From positions 32,001 to 96,000 of the IMG/VR virus record IMGVR_UViG_3300046514_000687: a stretch of 64,000 bases of DNA, one strand, 5' to 3'. Below the pieces are notes generated by a model that saw only the letters and a program-made list of their open reading frames with translations, was not told the origin of the DNA and ran no database searches. Each line of letters starts with the position of its first letter. Positions within the stretch are counted from its first letter, which is position 1. A program made the position numbers and the translations under genes. Positions 19,380-27,511 of the stretch are shown in pieces. The DNA comes from a virus.

Positions 19380-19673
19380 CTACCACTGGATGTACTCCAG
19401 GGTGGGGTCGCCACCTGGGCGGCGCCTACCGGTAGCGATGTCTCGATACCATCCGGTAGGCTCTCCCTCTCCACTCCAAAGCTGGAAGGCGACTACAGCC
19501 GCCCACAGGTCCGGGTATCAGTAGGTGGCGTCGTAGGTGATCGCCCGCCGGTCGGCGCTGACCGTCAGCCGCGGCAGCGTGTAGCCGAGGTTCAGGTCGA
19601 GCACGCGGCCGTCCGGAAACTCGCGGCTCAGCCAGCCGCGGTCGGGGGTGCAGGGCGCATAGAGTTCATCCAC
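19380..19673 (-). CDS. 97-aa protein with in-frame TGA at codon 52, candidate selenoprotein
   Basis: GTG with GGAG RBS. VDELY...ITYDATY-TGA(19520-19518)-YPDLWAAVVAFQLWSGEGEPTGWYRDIATGRRRPGGDPTLEYIQW-TAG. SECIS-like hairpin follows the TGA. Confidence 0.65.
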
Positions 19674-19896
19674 GGTTTCTCCGATCCACGACCGCCTGCG
19701 CGATCGCCTCCCGCGTCGCCTCGCAGACCGGCGCGACAGGCAGCTCGCGCGCGACGGCTAGCGCAATCACGGCACACTTCAGGCAGAAGCGGCCCAGCTC
19801 GCCGCCCTGCCCGGCCACGACGGCCAGGACCGCGCTGCGCCGGCAGCGGCCCGCGTCGCAGCGGCGCACCAGGGGTGCGAGGTACGGTTCGGGCAT
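19666..19896 (-). CDS. Small Cys-rich hypothetical protein
   Basis: ATG after GGAGG. CD...C and CLKC motifs. Confidence 0.5.
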   Translation of the reverse strand: MPEPYLAPLVRRCDAGRCRRSAVLAVVAGQGGELGRFCLKCAVIALAVARELPVAPVCEATREAIAQAVVDRRNRG

Positions 19897-19904
19897 GATG
19901 CCTC

Positions 19905-20063
19905 CTACGCACAGCGCGAGCAGATGCGAGCGTTGCCGGGCGCTCGCCACAGCGGACACTGTCGCGCCTCGAACACGGCATAGGAGCAGCGCCAGGCCGC
20001 CCCGCAGACCGGGCAGCGGTGAGTATGCGCCGCGACGTCACGCTTGCTGCGGTGGCCCATCGG
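19905..20063 (-). CDS. Small Zn-finger protein (MGHRSKRD...CPVC...CSRC)
   Basis: GGAGG RBS. Start coordinate is approximate. Confidence 0.4.
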   Translation of the reverse strand, partial: PMGHRSKRDVAAHTHRCPVCGAAWRCSYAVFEARQCPLWRAPGNARICSRCA

Positions 20064-20478
20064 TGACCTCCTCCTCCGCCGGCGGGGTCCGCCAGTCCGG
20101 CACGGCGAGCCCGTAGGACTCGGCGAGGTAGCGCACCGCCAGAGCCTGCACGTCAGCGGTGCGGAGCCCCAGGTCGGCGGCAAGCTGCTGCTGCGTGCCC
20201 AGCTCCTCGTCGTCGGCGGCCCAGGTGCGAAAGGCCAGGTCGCGCGTCGGCCAGCGCACCATGTAGCGCTGGATCGCCGTCACGTCCGTCTCAGGAATCG
20301 CGCGCTGCGCCAGCGCCGCGAGCGCCTGCCGGATCACGAGGCTGCGGGACCACTGCGCGTCGAGAGCCAGGTGGGCCAGGGGCGCGGTCAGGCGCTCGAT
20401 GAGCGGCTCTACAAGCGCCATCATCTCGGAGTCGATCCACCACCGCGCCTTGACGCGGTGGGCTAGTTCGGTTTCCAT
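20038..20478 (-). CDS. Putative tandem ribbon-helix-helix regulator
   Basis: Two strand-helix-helix units (VKARWWID..SRSLVIRQAL and LAFRTW..LGLRTADVQALAVRYL). First gene of the divergent operon. GAGGAGG RBS. Confidence 0.45.
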   Translation of the reverse strand: METELAHRVKARWWIDSEMMALVEPLIERLTAPLAHLALDAQWSRSLVIRQALAALAQRAIPETDVTAIQRYMVRWPTRDLAFRTWAADDEELGTQQQLAADLGLRTADVQALAVRYLAESYGLAVPDWRTPPAEEEVTDGPPQQA

Positions 20479-20515
20479 GCGTGCCTCCTCGCGGGTTGGC
20501 TAAACCCGCTACCTC

Positions 20516-20552
20516 ATTATAAACTATCTCGTTACCCCGCGAGGGTACCTAC
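20516..20552 (-). promoter_or_regulatory. Leftward -10 (TATAAT) with an inverted GGTACC-N7-GGTAAC box over its spacer/-35 region
   Basis: Minus strand reads GTAGGTACC-CTCGCGG-GGTAAC-N9-TATAAT. Confidence 0.7.
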
Positions 20553-20622
20553 TGGCCATATCACGCGGGATGGGTTATAATCTAGCGTAGGTACCCACAT
20601 GGGGTACCGCAGCCGCAGGAGG
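20553..20622 (+). promoter_or_regulatory. Promoter cassette copy 1
   Basis: TGGCCA-17-TATAAT-8-GGTACC-CACATGG-GGTACC-GCAGC..AGGAGG. Confidence 0.9.
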
Positions 20623-20630
20623 AACGCCAG

Positions 20631-20801
20631 ATGAACCGCCCAACCCACCGGTGCGCCAGGTGCGGCACCGCGACTAACCACCCGACGTGGGTCGCCCACC
20701 GCCCCTACTGCGCTGCCCACTACCGCCTGGTCGCCGTCCCCTACTGCAACGGGTCCACTCCGTGCAGCCCGCAGTGCCCCACGCCGCGCAGGGAGGCCTA
20801 A
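20631..20801 (+). CDS. 56-aa Cys/His-rich protein
   Basis: ATG after the cassette RBS. CARC...CAAH. Not in the ORF track. Confidence 0.6.
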   Translation: MNRPTHRCARCGTATNHPTWVAHRPYCAAHYRLVAVPYCNGSTPCSPQCPTPRREA

Positions 20802-20803
20802 CC

Positions 20804-21115
20804 GTGGCAAGCAAGGCTCAGCACCGCCGCTGGCACCGCATGTGGGTCGAGGATGCCCGACAGCGCGAGGACGACGCTTTCGTGATCGTCGCCACGGGCC
20901 TGCGCGGGGAGGCCTACACCCCCGACTGGATGAGCGGGACCACCTTCGAGGACTACGAGGCCGTCTACGCCCTGCTGGCCAGCCCCTACGGGTACGAGGA
21001 CCGCAGCGAGTACAGCCGCATCGACGTTTACACGGGTTCTCGCGCCCGCGAGTACGAGATCACCACCTGGGTCGATCCCGTCTGGTCGTGGGTGCGCCCC
21101 GAGGAGGTGAGCTAG
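20804..21115 (+). CDS. Hypothetical protein
   Basis: GTG after GGAGG. Confidence 0.55.
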   Translation: MASKAQHRRWHRMWVEDARQREDDAFVIVATGLRGEAYTPDWMSGTTFEDYEAVYALLASPYGYEDRSEYSRIDVYTGSRAREYEITTWVDPVWSWVRPEEVS

Positions 21116-21388
21116 ATGGCCGCCAAGACTCCCGCCCGCGGGTACGTCACCGCCGCGCTGGCCCTCCGGGGCCTGCACCCCAACCGGCTGAGCCGGTCGG
21201 CCAAGACCGGCCGCTGGACCGCCCGCTGGAGCTACTACTACCGCCACGGGCGGGACTCCGAGAGCTTCGCCGAGCGGGTCGGCGAGGTCTTGGGCGCCAA
21301 CGTGGTTGACCACGGGGACCGCTGGGCCCCCTGGCCCCGCGACAGCTACTGGTGGGTCGAGTTCGAGTTCACGACGGTGGAGGACTAG
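21116..21388 (+). CDS. Hypothetical protein
   Basis: Coupled ORF. Confidence 0.6.
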   Translation: MAAKTPARGYVTAALALRGLHPNRLSRSAKTGRWTARWSYYYRHGRDSESFAERVGEVLGANVVDHGDRWAPWPRDSYWWVEFEFTTVED

Positions 21389-21730
21389 ATGGACCGCGAC
21401 TACGGGAGCCTGCAAAACCTGCTCGCGGGGAACGCCCGCAGCGCCGAGCCGGTCGTCGGGGAGGGGGCGACCATCATCTGGTGGAGCGACCGCTTCCCCG
21501 CCACGGTCGAGCGCGTCAGCCCGAGCGGCAAGACCGCCTGGCTGCGCGAGGACCGCAGCATCCGCCTGGACAGCCACGGGATGAGCGACAGCCAGTCCTA
21601 CCGCTTCGAGCCCGACCCCGCGGGCCGCGAGTCGGTTGCCAAGCGGAAGCGGGACGGGCGCTGGAAGACCACGGGCGGGCAGGTCGTCCAGTTCGGCAGC
21701 CGCAGCCGCTTCCTCGACTACAGCTTCTGA
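21389..21730 (+). CDS. Conserved-type phage hypothetical protein
   Basis: P.VG.GATI..WSDR.PATV...G.R..F.DYSF pattern. Confidence 0.65.
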   Translation: MDRDYGSLQNLLAGNARSAEPVVGEGATIIWWSDRFPATVERVSPSGKTAWLREDRSIRLDSHGMSDSQSYRFEPDPAGRESVAKRKRDGRWKTTGGQVVQFGSRSRFLDYSF

Positions 21731-21770
21731 GTTCGACTCGATTCGATTCTATTCGCGCCGGAGGATAACG

Positions 21771-21953
21771 ATGATCTACACCCAGGACGAGCTGGAGGAC
21801 GCCGTGGCCGAGCTGGCCGACGAGGACCCGTCGAGCTGGCCGGTCGCCTGCCGCGGGCGGTGCGCGCGGGCCGGCGGGTGCGACTGCGAGGTCGAGACCG
21901 ACGGCGAGTGCTCCCACTCCTGCCCCAGCATCCTGCTCGCCAGCGGTTTCTAG
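21771..21953 (+). CDS. Small Cys-rich protein (C.VE.DG.C.H.CPS)
   Basis: GGAGG RBS plus ATG. Confidence 0.6.
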   Translation: MIYTQDELEDAVAELADEDPSSWPVACRGRCARAGGCDCEVETDGECSHSCPSILLASGF

Positions 21954-21958
21954 CGGAG

Positions 21959-22029
21959 TGGTCAGGACCGCACGGCATGGGTTATAATCTAGTGTAGGTA
22001 CCTCACAGGGGTACCGCAGCACAAGGAGG
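21959..22029 (+). promoter_or_regulatory. Promoter cassette copy 2
   Basis: TGGTCA-18-TATAAT-8-GGTACC-TCACAGG-GGTACC-GCAGCAC-AAGGAGG. Confidence 0.9.
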
Positions 22030-22034
22030 AACCG

Positions 22035-22193
22035 ATGTCTCAGCAACTCCGATGCACCGCCGCCGTCACCCTGAAGATGCGCGGCTGGCGCCCCTGGGTC
22101 CTTCCCTGCGGCCGGCCGGTCCCCGCGGGCAATCGCTGCCCCGAGCACGCCGCACAGCAGCGGCTCACCGTCAAGCGCGCGCGGCGCGGCTAG
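22035..22193 (+). CDS. 52-aa protein MSQQLRC...CPEH
   Basis: ATG after the cassette RBS. Not in the ORF track. Confidence 0.6.
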   Translation: MSQQLRCTAAVTLKMRGWRPWVLPCGRPVPAGNRCPEHAAQQRLTVKRARRG

Positions 22194-22444
22194 GAGGAGC
22201 CGATGCGCCAGGAAACTCGCTGCCAGTGCGGGTGGGTCGGCTACCCTCGCCACCTCGACGCGCACATCCGCGTCGAGCACCACGTCGGCGACCCGCCCCC
22301 TAAGCGGCCCGGCTTTCGCGCTGCGCTCGACCACTGCAAGCGCAGCGCGGGCCACGGGCTCACCTTCAGGACCTGCGACGCGCCGGAGTGCGTCGCTTAC
22401 TGGGATGCCGCTGGCCGCTAGGCCACCTACGCGCGTGAGAGGAG

Positions 22445-23221
22445 ATGGACATGGCTGAAGAACGAGGGTGCGGCGAGCGGATCGCTGGCGGGGTGTACCT
22501 GGAGACCCGCCTGTCGCCCACGGGTCACCCACTAGAGTGTTTCTTCATGGACCCGCCGGGGCCGGTGAACACCGGCGGGCTGGGCATCACGCCCCGCGGC
22601 GTGAGCCTGATCACCGGGGAGGGCGGCGTCACCCACGTCTGGGACCTCGTCGGCGGCGACAGCTACCCCAACGTCGCGGACATCATCGAGGAGGGCCGGC
22701 GCCTGGGGTTCAGCCGCCGCATCGCCAGCACGGCCGACTTCAGCCGCCTCACGCGGTCGTCGCGGCTGATCCTGCTCCACCCCCGCGCGATCATCTTCAC
22801 CGATCACCAGCGGTACCTCGACGCGGAGCAGACCATCGACGGCCTGCTGCGCTCCTGCTGCCCGCAGGTCGTCGCGGGAGAGCACTGCGGGCGCCGCCTC
22901 GGCCCCGCCCACCCCACCGCGCCCGACCGCCTCTGCGGGCGGTACTGGTACCACGACATCACCGGCGGGGTGGAGCCTGACGCGGCCGACAGCGAGAGCG
23001 GCCGGGCCGTCGAGGGCGAGGTCCAGCGGACGGTCGGTAGGACTCGCTACTTCGCCTACCCCCGCCCGGAGGGGTGCGTGCCCGAGTACCGGGTGGGGAT
23101 CATCGGCGCCTTCCCAATCAGCGGCCTGGCCGTCGTTGCCGATCCCCTGGAGGGAAAGCACGAGGAGGGCTACGCCGCCGCGAAGCACAGCAGCCTGCCC
23201 GTCACCATCGAGCGCGACTAG
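22445..23221 (+). CDS. Hypothetical protein (RGCG.R..GGVY N-terminus)
   Basis: Long ORF with RBS. Confidence 0.65.
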   Translation: MDMAEERGCGERIAGGVYLETRLSPTGHPLECFFMDPPGPVNTGGLGITPRGVSLITGEGGVTHVWDLVGGDSYPNVADIIEEGRRLGFSRRIASTADFSRLTRSSRLILLHPRAIIFTDHQRYLDAEQTIDGLLRSCCPQVVAGEHCGRRLGPAHPTAPDRLCGRYWYHDITGGVEPDAADSESGRAVEGEVQRTVGRTRYFAYPRPEGCVPEYRVGIIGAFPISGLAVVADPLEGKHEEGYAAAKHSSLPVTIERD

Positions 23222-23249
23222 GCGCACCACCCGCGCAAGGAGGAGAACC

Positions 23250-24065
23250 GTGGACGAGGACACCGAGAACACCCAGCCCGCGCTCCTGCCGGCCGAGCGG
23301 CCGGAGGGCCGCCCCGCCACCGTGCCCTGCCACCAGATCGCCTTCAGCAGCCCGCTGGAGCCCAGCCCCAGCCTCCGCCGGTCGGTAGCGGCGGTGGGGA
23401 TCCTCCAGCCGCTGCTGATCCGCCGGAACCCCAACGGAGACAGCCTCTGCCCCTGGGTGGTCACCGACGGCAACCGACGCCTGCGCGCCGCGCTACTGGC
23501 CGACCTGACCAGCGTGCCGACGCTGATCATCGAGGGCGACGCCAACTGGGGCGCGGTCGCCCAGCTCAGCACGAACGCCACTCGCTCGCAGAACCTGGCG
23601 GCCGACCTCAAGAGCGTGGAGCAGCTCGCTACGGCGGGCTACACGGCGAAGGAGATCGGCCAGGCCGTCGGGCTCACCCGCGTTCAGGTAGAGCGCCTGC
23701 TGGGTATGCAGCGGTTGGACCCGGTACTGCGGCAAGGGCTCGACGACGGGAAGCTGACGCTGGGCACGGCGACCGAAGCGGCGAAGCTGCCGGTGGTCAG
23801 CCAGGAGGCGCTGGCCGAGAAGTTCACCAACGAGGGCAAGCTGACGGGCGGGGACATCGCGGAGCAGAAGACCGCCCGCGCCGCGCAGGCGCTCGCGATG
23901 ACCGACGTGGACGAGTTCCTGGTGGACGCGCCGACGCTGCCCGAGCACGAGGAGCGAGCGCGGTTCGTCAGCCTCGCTCGCCAGGCCCACGACTACGCGG
24001 TGCAGGACAACCGCGCCGCCGCCATCGCCACCCTGGAGACCCTGATTAGCGCCCTGGAGAGTTAG
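23250..24065 (+). CDS. ParB/Srx-like protein with HTH
   Basis: L.RSV...GILQPLLI, VTDGNRRLRAA, N..R.., EIGQAVGLTR.QV.R.L. Confidence 0.8.
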   Translation: MDEDTENTQPALLPAERPEGRPATVPCHQIAFSSPLEPSPSLRRSVAAVGILQPLLIRRNPNGDSLCPWVVTDGNRRLRAALLADLTSVPTLIIEGDANWGAVAQLSTNATRSQNLAADLKSVEQLATAGYTAKEIGQAVGLTRVQVERLLGMQRLDPVLRQGLDDGKLTLGTATEAAKLPVVSQEALAEKFTNEGKLTGGDIAEQKTARAAQALAMTDVDEFLVDAPTLPEHEERARFVSLARQAHDYAVQDNRAAAIATLETLISALES

Positions 24066-24086
24066 CGGAAGACCCACCGGGCCGAG

Positions 24087-24163
24087 TGGCCCTCACTGGC
24101 CCGGTGGGTTATAATCAAGTGTAGGTACCCCCGCAAGGTACCGCAGCACAAAGCGCGTGGAGG
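24087..24163 (+). promoter_or_regulatory. Promoter cassette copy 3, with -35 inside an upstream hairpin (24072-24109)
   Basis: TGGCCC-17-TATAAT-8-GGTACC-CCCGCAA-GGTACC-GCAGCAC. Confidence 0.9.
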
Positions 24164-24168
24164 AACAG

Positions 24169-25026
24169 ATGGACACCAAGCAGACCAAGGAGCCGTCGGT
24201 CCGGCAGGCTTGCGCAGAGGCCGCGCGCGGGCTCCTCGCAGCCCACGGGGAGCTGCGAGCGCTGGACGCCTGGAACGGCAGCCGCGTGCCGGCGGAGGCG
24301 AAGCGGTCGCTGAACGCGGTGATCGCAGACTGGGTGGCGCGCAACGAGCCGCCGCTGTCGGTCCACGCCCGCCTGGCGGCGCTGATCAACGCGGAGCACC
24401 CCGTGGTGGGGGAGGTCCGCTACCAGGTCCGCCTGGCGATGGTCCACCACCTGCGCGACGGCTGGGCAGGCACCGGCGCGGGTGCGCCGGTCGAGACGAT
24501 TCCCCCACTCGACGAGCCGACCCCCGACCTGCCGCCCAGCGGCCTCGACGTGGAGACGCTGGTACGGCAGGCGCTTGCCGAGACCGCGCCGGAGGCAGAG
24601 CCGGAAGCTGCACCGGAGCCGCCCGCGCCCGCTACCCCCGACGCCTGGGAGTGCGGCCTCTGCGGCCTGGTCATCGCTGACCAGGCCGCGCTGGTCACTC
24701 ACATCGCTGACTGCGAGGGGCCAATCGCGCCGACGGAGGAGGAACCCCTGCCCCCCGCCGGCCCCGCCCTGGTGTTTAGCTACGGCGGCACCGAGATCCA
24801 CCGCGAGCCGGCGCCGGAGGAGCCGGCCGGCTCAGCCTCGCCGGTGGACGACTCCGGCGGGCGCTACGAGTGCGCCCTGTGCGGCATGGTCACGGAGGGC
24901 CAGGCGGTGCTGGAGGCCCACCTCGCTCAGTGCACCGGCACGGGGAGCAGCGGGCGGTCGAGCCGCCGCGGCAGCGCGGTGCCGAAGCCGGCGAGCAAGA
25001 AGCGCAGTGCCAAGAGTCGCCGCTAG
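24169..25026 (+). CDS. Protein with two C2HC zinc fingers
   Basis: ECGLCG......ALVTHIADC and ECALCG......VLEAHLAQC. Confidence 0.6.
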   Translation: MDTKQTKEPSVRQACAEAARGLLAAHGELRALDAWNGSRVPAEAKRSLNAVIADWVARNEPPLSVHARLAALINAEHPVVGEVRYQVRLAMVHHLRDGWAGTGAGAPVETIPPLDEPTPDLPPSGLDVETLVRQALAETAPEAEPEAAPEPPAPATPDAWECGLCGLVIADQAALVTHIADCEGPIAPTEEEPLPPAGPALVFSYGGTEIHREPAPEEPAGSASPVDDSGGRYECALCGMVTEGQAVLEAHLAQCTGTGSSGRSSRRGSAVPKPASKKRSAKSRR

Positions 25027-25090
25027 GCGCAGTCGGCAGCACGGGCGCGCCCCGCCGGCGGGGCGCGCCCGGTCGCACAGGGAGGCACTC

Positions 25091-25480
25091 GTGAGCTACC
25101 TCATCGTCCAGAACGCCGACTCGCGCTTCCGCCGCCACCTGGCGCTGGCCACCGGGCCGGGCCGGGTGTACGGTCAGCCAAACCCTGCCGTCCGCGCGCT
25201 GTGCGGCCAGTGGCCGGGCAAGGGCACTGCCATCGGGACGCCCGGCGCGGAGTGGGCGCGGTCCTGGGACGCTACCCAGCCGCAGCCCGATCCGTTCAAC
25301 CAGTGGATCTGCCCGGACTGCGAGGCCAGCCTGACCGCCGAGCGCGAGGGCTACGACTGGCTGCTGCCGCCCAGCGACCGCCTGGGACACCTGCGGGAGC
25401 GAGTGCAGCGCCTAGCCACCGAGGTCGCAGCCCTGCGCGCGCAATACGTGCCGCCGGAGAGCACGGAGGACGCCGGCTGA
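25091..25480 (+). CDS. Hypothetical Zn-binding protein
   Basis: GGAGG plus GTG. H...ALCG...CPDC. Confidence 0.55.
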   Translation: MSYLIVQNADSRFRRHLALATGPGRVYGQPNPAVRALCGQWPGKGTAIGTPGAEWARSWDATQPQPDPFNQWICPDCEASLTAEREGYDWLLPPSDRLGHLRERVQRLATEVAALRAQYVPPESTEDAG

Positions 25481-26244
25481 TGGAGATGGAGACCGAGATC
25501 CGCATCGAGCAGCAGAACGACGGGCGCTGGCTGGTGATCCTGGTGCGGCCGGTGCTGGAGCAGGCCTACGGACCCTACGACCTGCCGGAGGCCCAGCGCC
25601 AGGCCGACCGGCTGCGCAACCTGTACCGCAGCGAGAACGGCGCCGTCTTAGAGCGGGTGGCTCAGGCCGTCCACGACGGGATGCAGGCCGACGGGCTCAA
25701 GCCGTCGGCCTGCATCGCCGGAGCCGCCGCGATCCGCGACCTGCTGAGCAGCGACGCAGCCGACGAGACGGCGGGCATCTTGCCCGTGGAGCTGGTCGCC
25801 GTGACGGCTGCCGCCTTCAACGCGCCGGGCTGGCGGCTCCTGCTGGCGCACAGCGACCCGCACCGCGACCCGGCGCGCTGGGCCGCCGACGGCGCGTGGA
25901 GCGTCGGGCTGGGGTTCGGCGCGGACCCGGAGCCGGGCCGCTGGCCGGGCCACCTGGTCGCGGTGGTCGACCGCCGCTGGCTGGTGGACCCGACGCTGGG
26001 CCAGGCCAGCCGCCCGGACCGGGGCCTAACCCTCCCGGATATCCTGGTCCTGCCGCTCACCGAGCGGTGGGTGCGGGGGCGCGAGGACACCGTGATCCGC
26101 CTGCCCGGCGACACCACCGTGACCGTCGCGCGGCGGCGCAATGCCCCGTCTTTCCAGCACAGCCCGGACTGGCGGGAGTCCAGGCGCCGCACTCAGCGCG
26201 TGGCTGCGGCGCTGGCCCTGCTCCAGGCTGAGGAGGCGAGGTGA
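25480..26244 (+). CDS. Hypothetical protein, possible transglutaminase-like Cys-His-Asp fold
   Basis: ACI...GHLVAVV...LVDPTLGQ. Confidence 0.45.
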   Translation: MEMETEIRIEQQNDGRWLVILVRPVLEQAYGPYDLPEAQRQADRLRNLYRSENGAVLERVAQAVHDGMQADGLKPSACIAGAAAIRDLLSSDAADETAGILPVELVAVTAAAFNAPGWRLLLAHSDPHRDPARWAADGAWSVGLGFGADPEPGRWPGHLVAVVDRRWLVDPTLGQASRPDRGLTLPDILVLPLTERWVRGREDTVIRLPGDTTVTVARRRNAPSFQHSPDWRESRRRTQRVAAALALLQAEEAR

Positions 26245-26557
26245 TGGCTAAACTGCCGGTCAACCTGGCGCGCTGCCAGGAGTGCCTCCAGACCTTCACG
26301 ATCACCCCGCTGCGCTGGCAGCCCAAGCCGCGACACTGTAGCCTGCGTTGCGTCTGGCGCGGCGAGGCGCGGCGGGCACGCGCGGACGCGGGGCTGCCGG
26401 CCTGGTTCCCCGCCGTGCCCGTCAGCCGCACCTGTCCCGACTGCGGGGAGACGAAGAACGTCGACCTCTTCGGCCGCCGCAGCTCAGTCCAGCCCGAGTA
26501 TGTGCAGTCCTACTGCATCAGCTGTCGCAGCCGCTACGACAGCCGGAGGAACTAGCC

Positions 26558-26983
26558 ATGCCCGACGAGTTCTGCCCCAGCGAGACCGCGCACAGCATCG
26601 CGCCCGACGGGACTACCTACCACCCCCACGGACCCGACGATCCTTGCGACCTGCTGCTGCCGGGCGGGTACGCGCTCAGCGTGATCGGGCCGGGCGAGCT
26701 AGTCGACACCTGGTCGCACCGCTGGGGCACCGACTGGGCGCCGATGGCCGAGCGGGATATCGACATGGCCAGCGCCCTGGTCGCCCTGATGCGGCACCCC
26801 GGTGAGGCACACAGCAGCCGGGACGGAGCGCGGGGCACCTACCCCGACTACACTATGGTGCCGGGCTCAGCGCACATCTGGTGCGCCGTTTGCGGCGAGC
26901 TGGTCGGCGCGCACGCCGAGGTCGTCCAGGACGCCATTAGCTGGACGCCGGCCCCCGACGATCCGGGCTGGTGGCAGCGGTGA
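26558..26983 (+). CDS. Hypothetical protein
   Basis: GGAGG plus ATG. Confidence 0.5.
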   Translation: MPDEFCPSETAHSIAPDGTTYHPHGPDDPCDLLLPGGYALSVIGPGELVDTWSHRWGTDWAPMAERDIDMASALVALMRHPGEAHSSRDGARGTYPDYTMVPGSAHIWCAVCGELVGAHAEVVQDAISWTPAPDDPGWWQR

Positions 26984-27441
26984 GCGCGGTCGCGCGTCCC
27001 CGTACCCCCGAGGGCCGGTACCGGACCGCTGCCGCGCCCGGCATGACCGGCCCGGAGCTGCGCCGATGGCGGCGGTGCTCCGGCCTGACGCAGCGCGAGC
27101 TGGCGTACCGCGTCGGCTACCAGCCGCCCAACGTCACGGCGATGGAGACCGGCGCGCGGCCGGTCATGCCGGCCGTCGAGGCGTACGTGCGCGCCCACCC
27201 GGCGCCGGAGCACACCGGCGACTACACACTCGACCCAGCAGGCCTGGAGCGCGCGCTACGGACCTTCGGCTCGTACGCCGTGTTCGCTCGCTGGTGGGGG
27301 GTGGCGGAACTCACGCTGCGGCGCTGGCGGTTCGGGGAGCAGTCGCTCCCCATGCCGCTCCGCGCGTGGCTGCGCGCGGGCGCTCCGCACCGCTGGGACG
27401 GCTGCACACACTGGCACCGGCGCCGCCGAGACCACTGGTAG
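26980..27441 (+). CDS. XRE-family double-HTH protein
   Basis: MTGPELRRWR...GLTQRELAYRVGY....V.AMETG and a second FARWWGV...TLRRW..G unit. Confidence 0.75.
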   Translation: MSAVARPRTPEGRYRTAAAPGMTGPELRRWRRCSGLTQRELAYRVGYQPPNVTAMETGARPVMPAVEAYVRAHPAPEHTGDYTLDPAGLERALRTFGSYAVFARWWGVAELTLRRWRFGEQSLPMPLRAWLRAGAPHRWDGCTHWHRRRRDHW

Positions 27442-27505
27442 ACCCCGCGCGGATAGGTTATAATCTAGCGTAGGTACCCCCGCAAGGTACCGCAGCAACA
27501 GGAGG
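27436..27505 (+). promoter_or_regulatory. Promoter cassette copy 4
   Basis: TGGTAG-17-TATAAT-8-GGTACC-CCCGCAA-GGTACC-GCAGCA..GGAGG. Confidence 0.9.
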
Positions 27506-27511
27506 CGCCAA

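Noticed and set aside
19518-19520. Genome-wide TGA reassignment
   Set aside because: Many genes clearly terminate at TGA with TGATG/GTGA coupling.
18733-19673. Group I intron hosting the LAGLIDADG gene
   Set aside because: Flanks are fully coding and translationally coupled, leaving no room for a ribozyme core.
21731-21756. Short TTCGA-like pentamer run
   Set aside because: Too short and single-copy to support a function.
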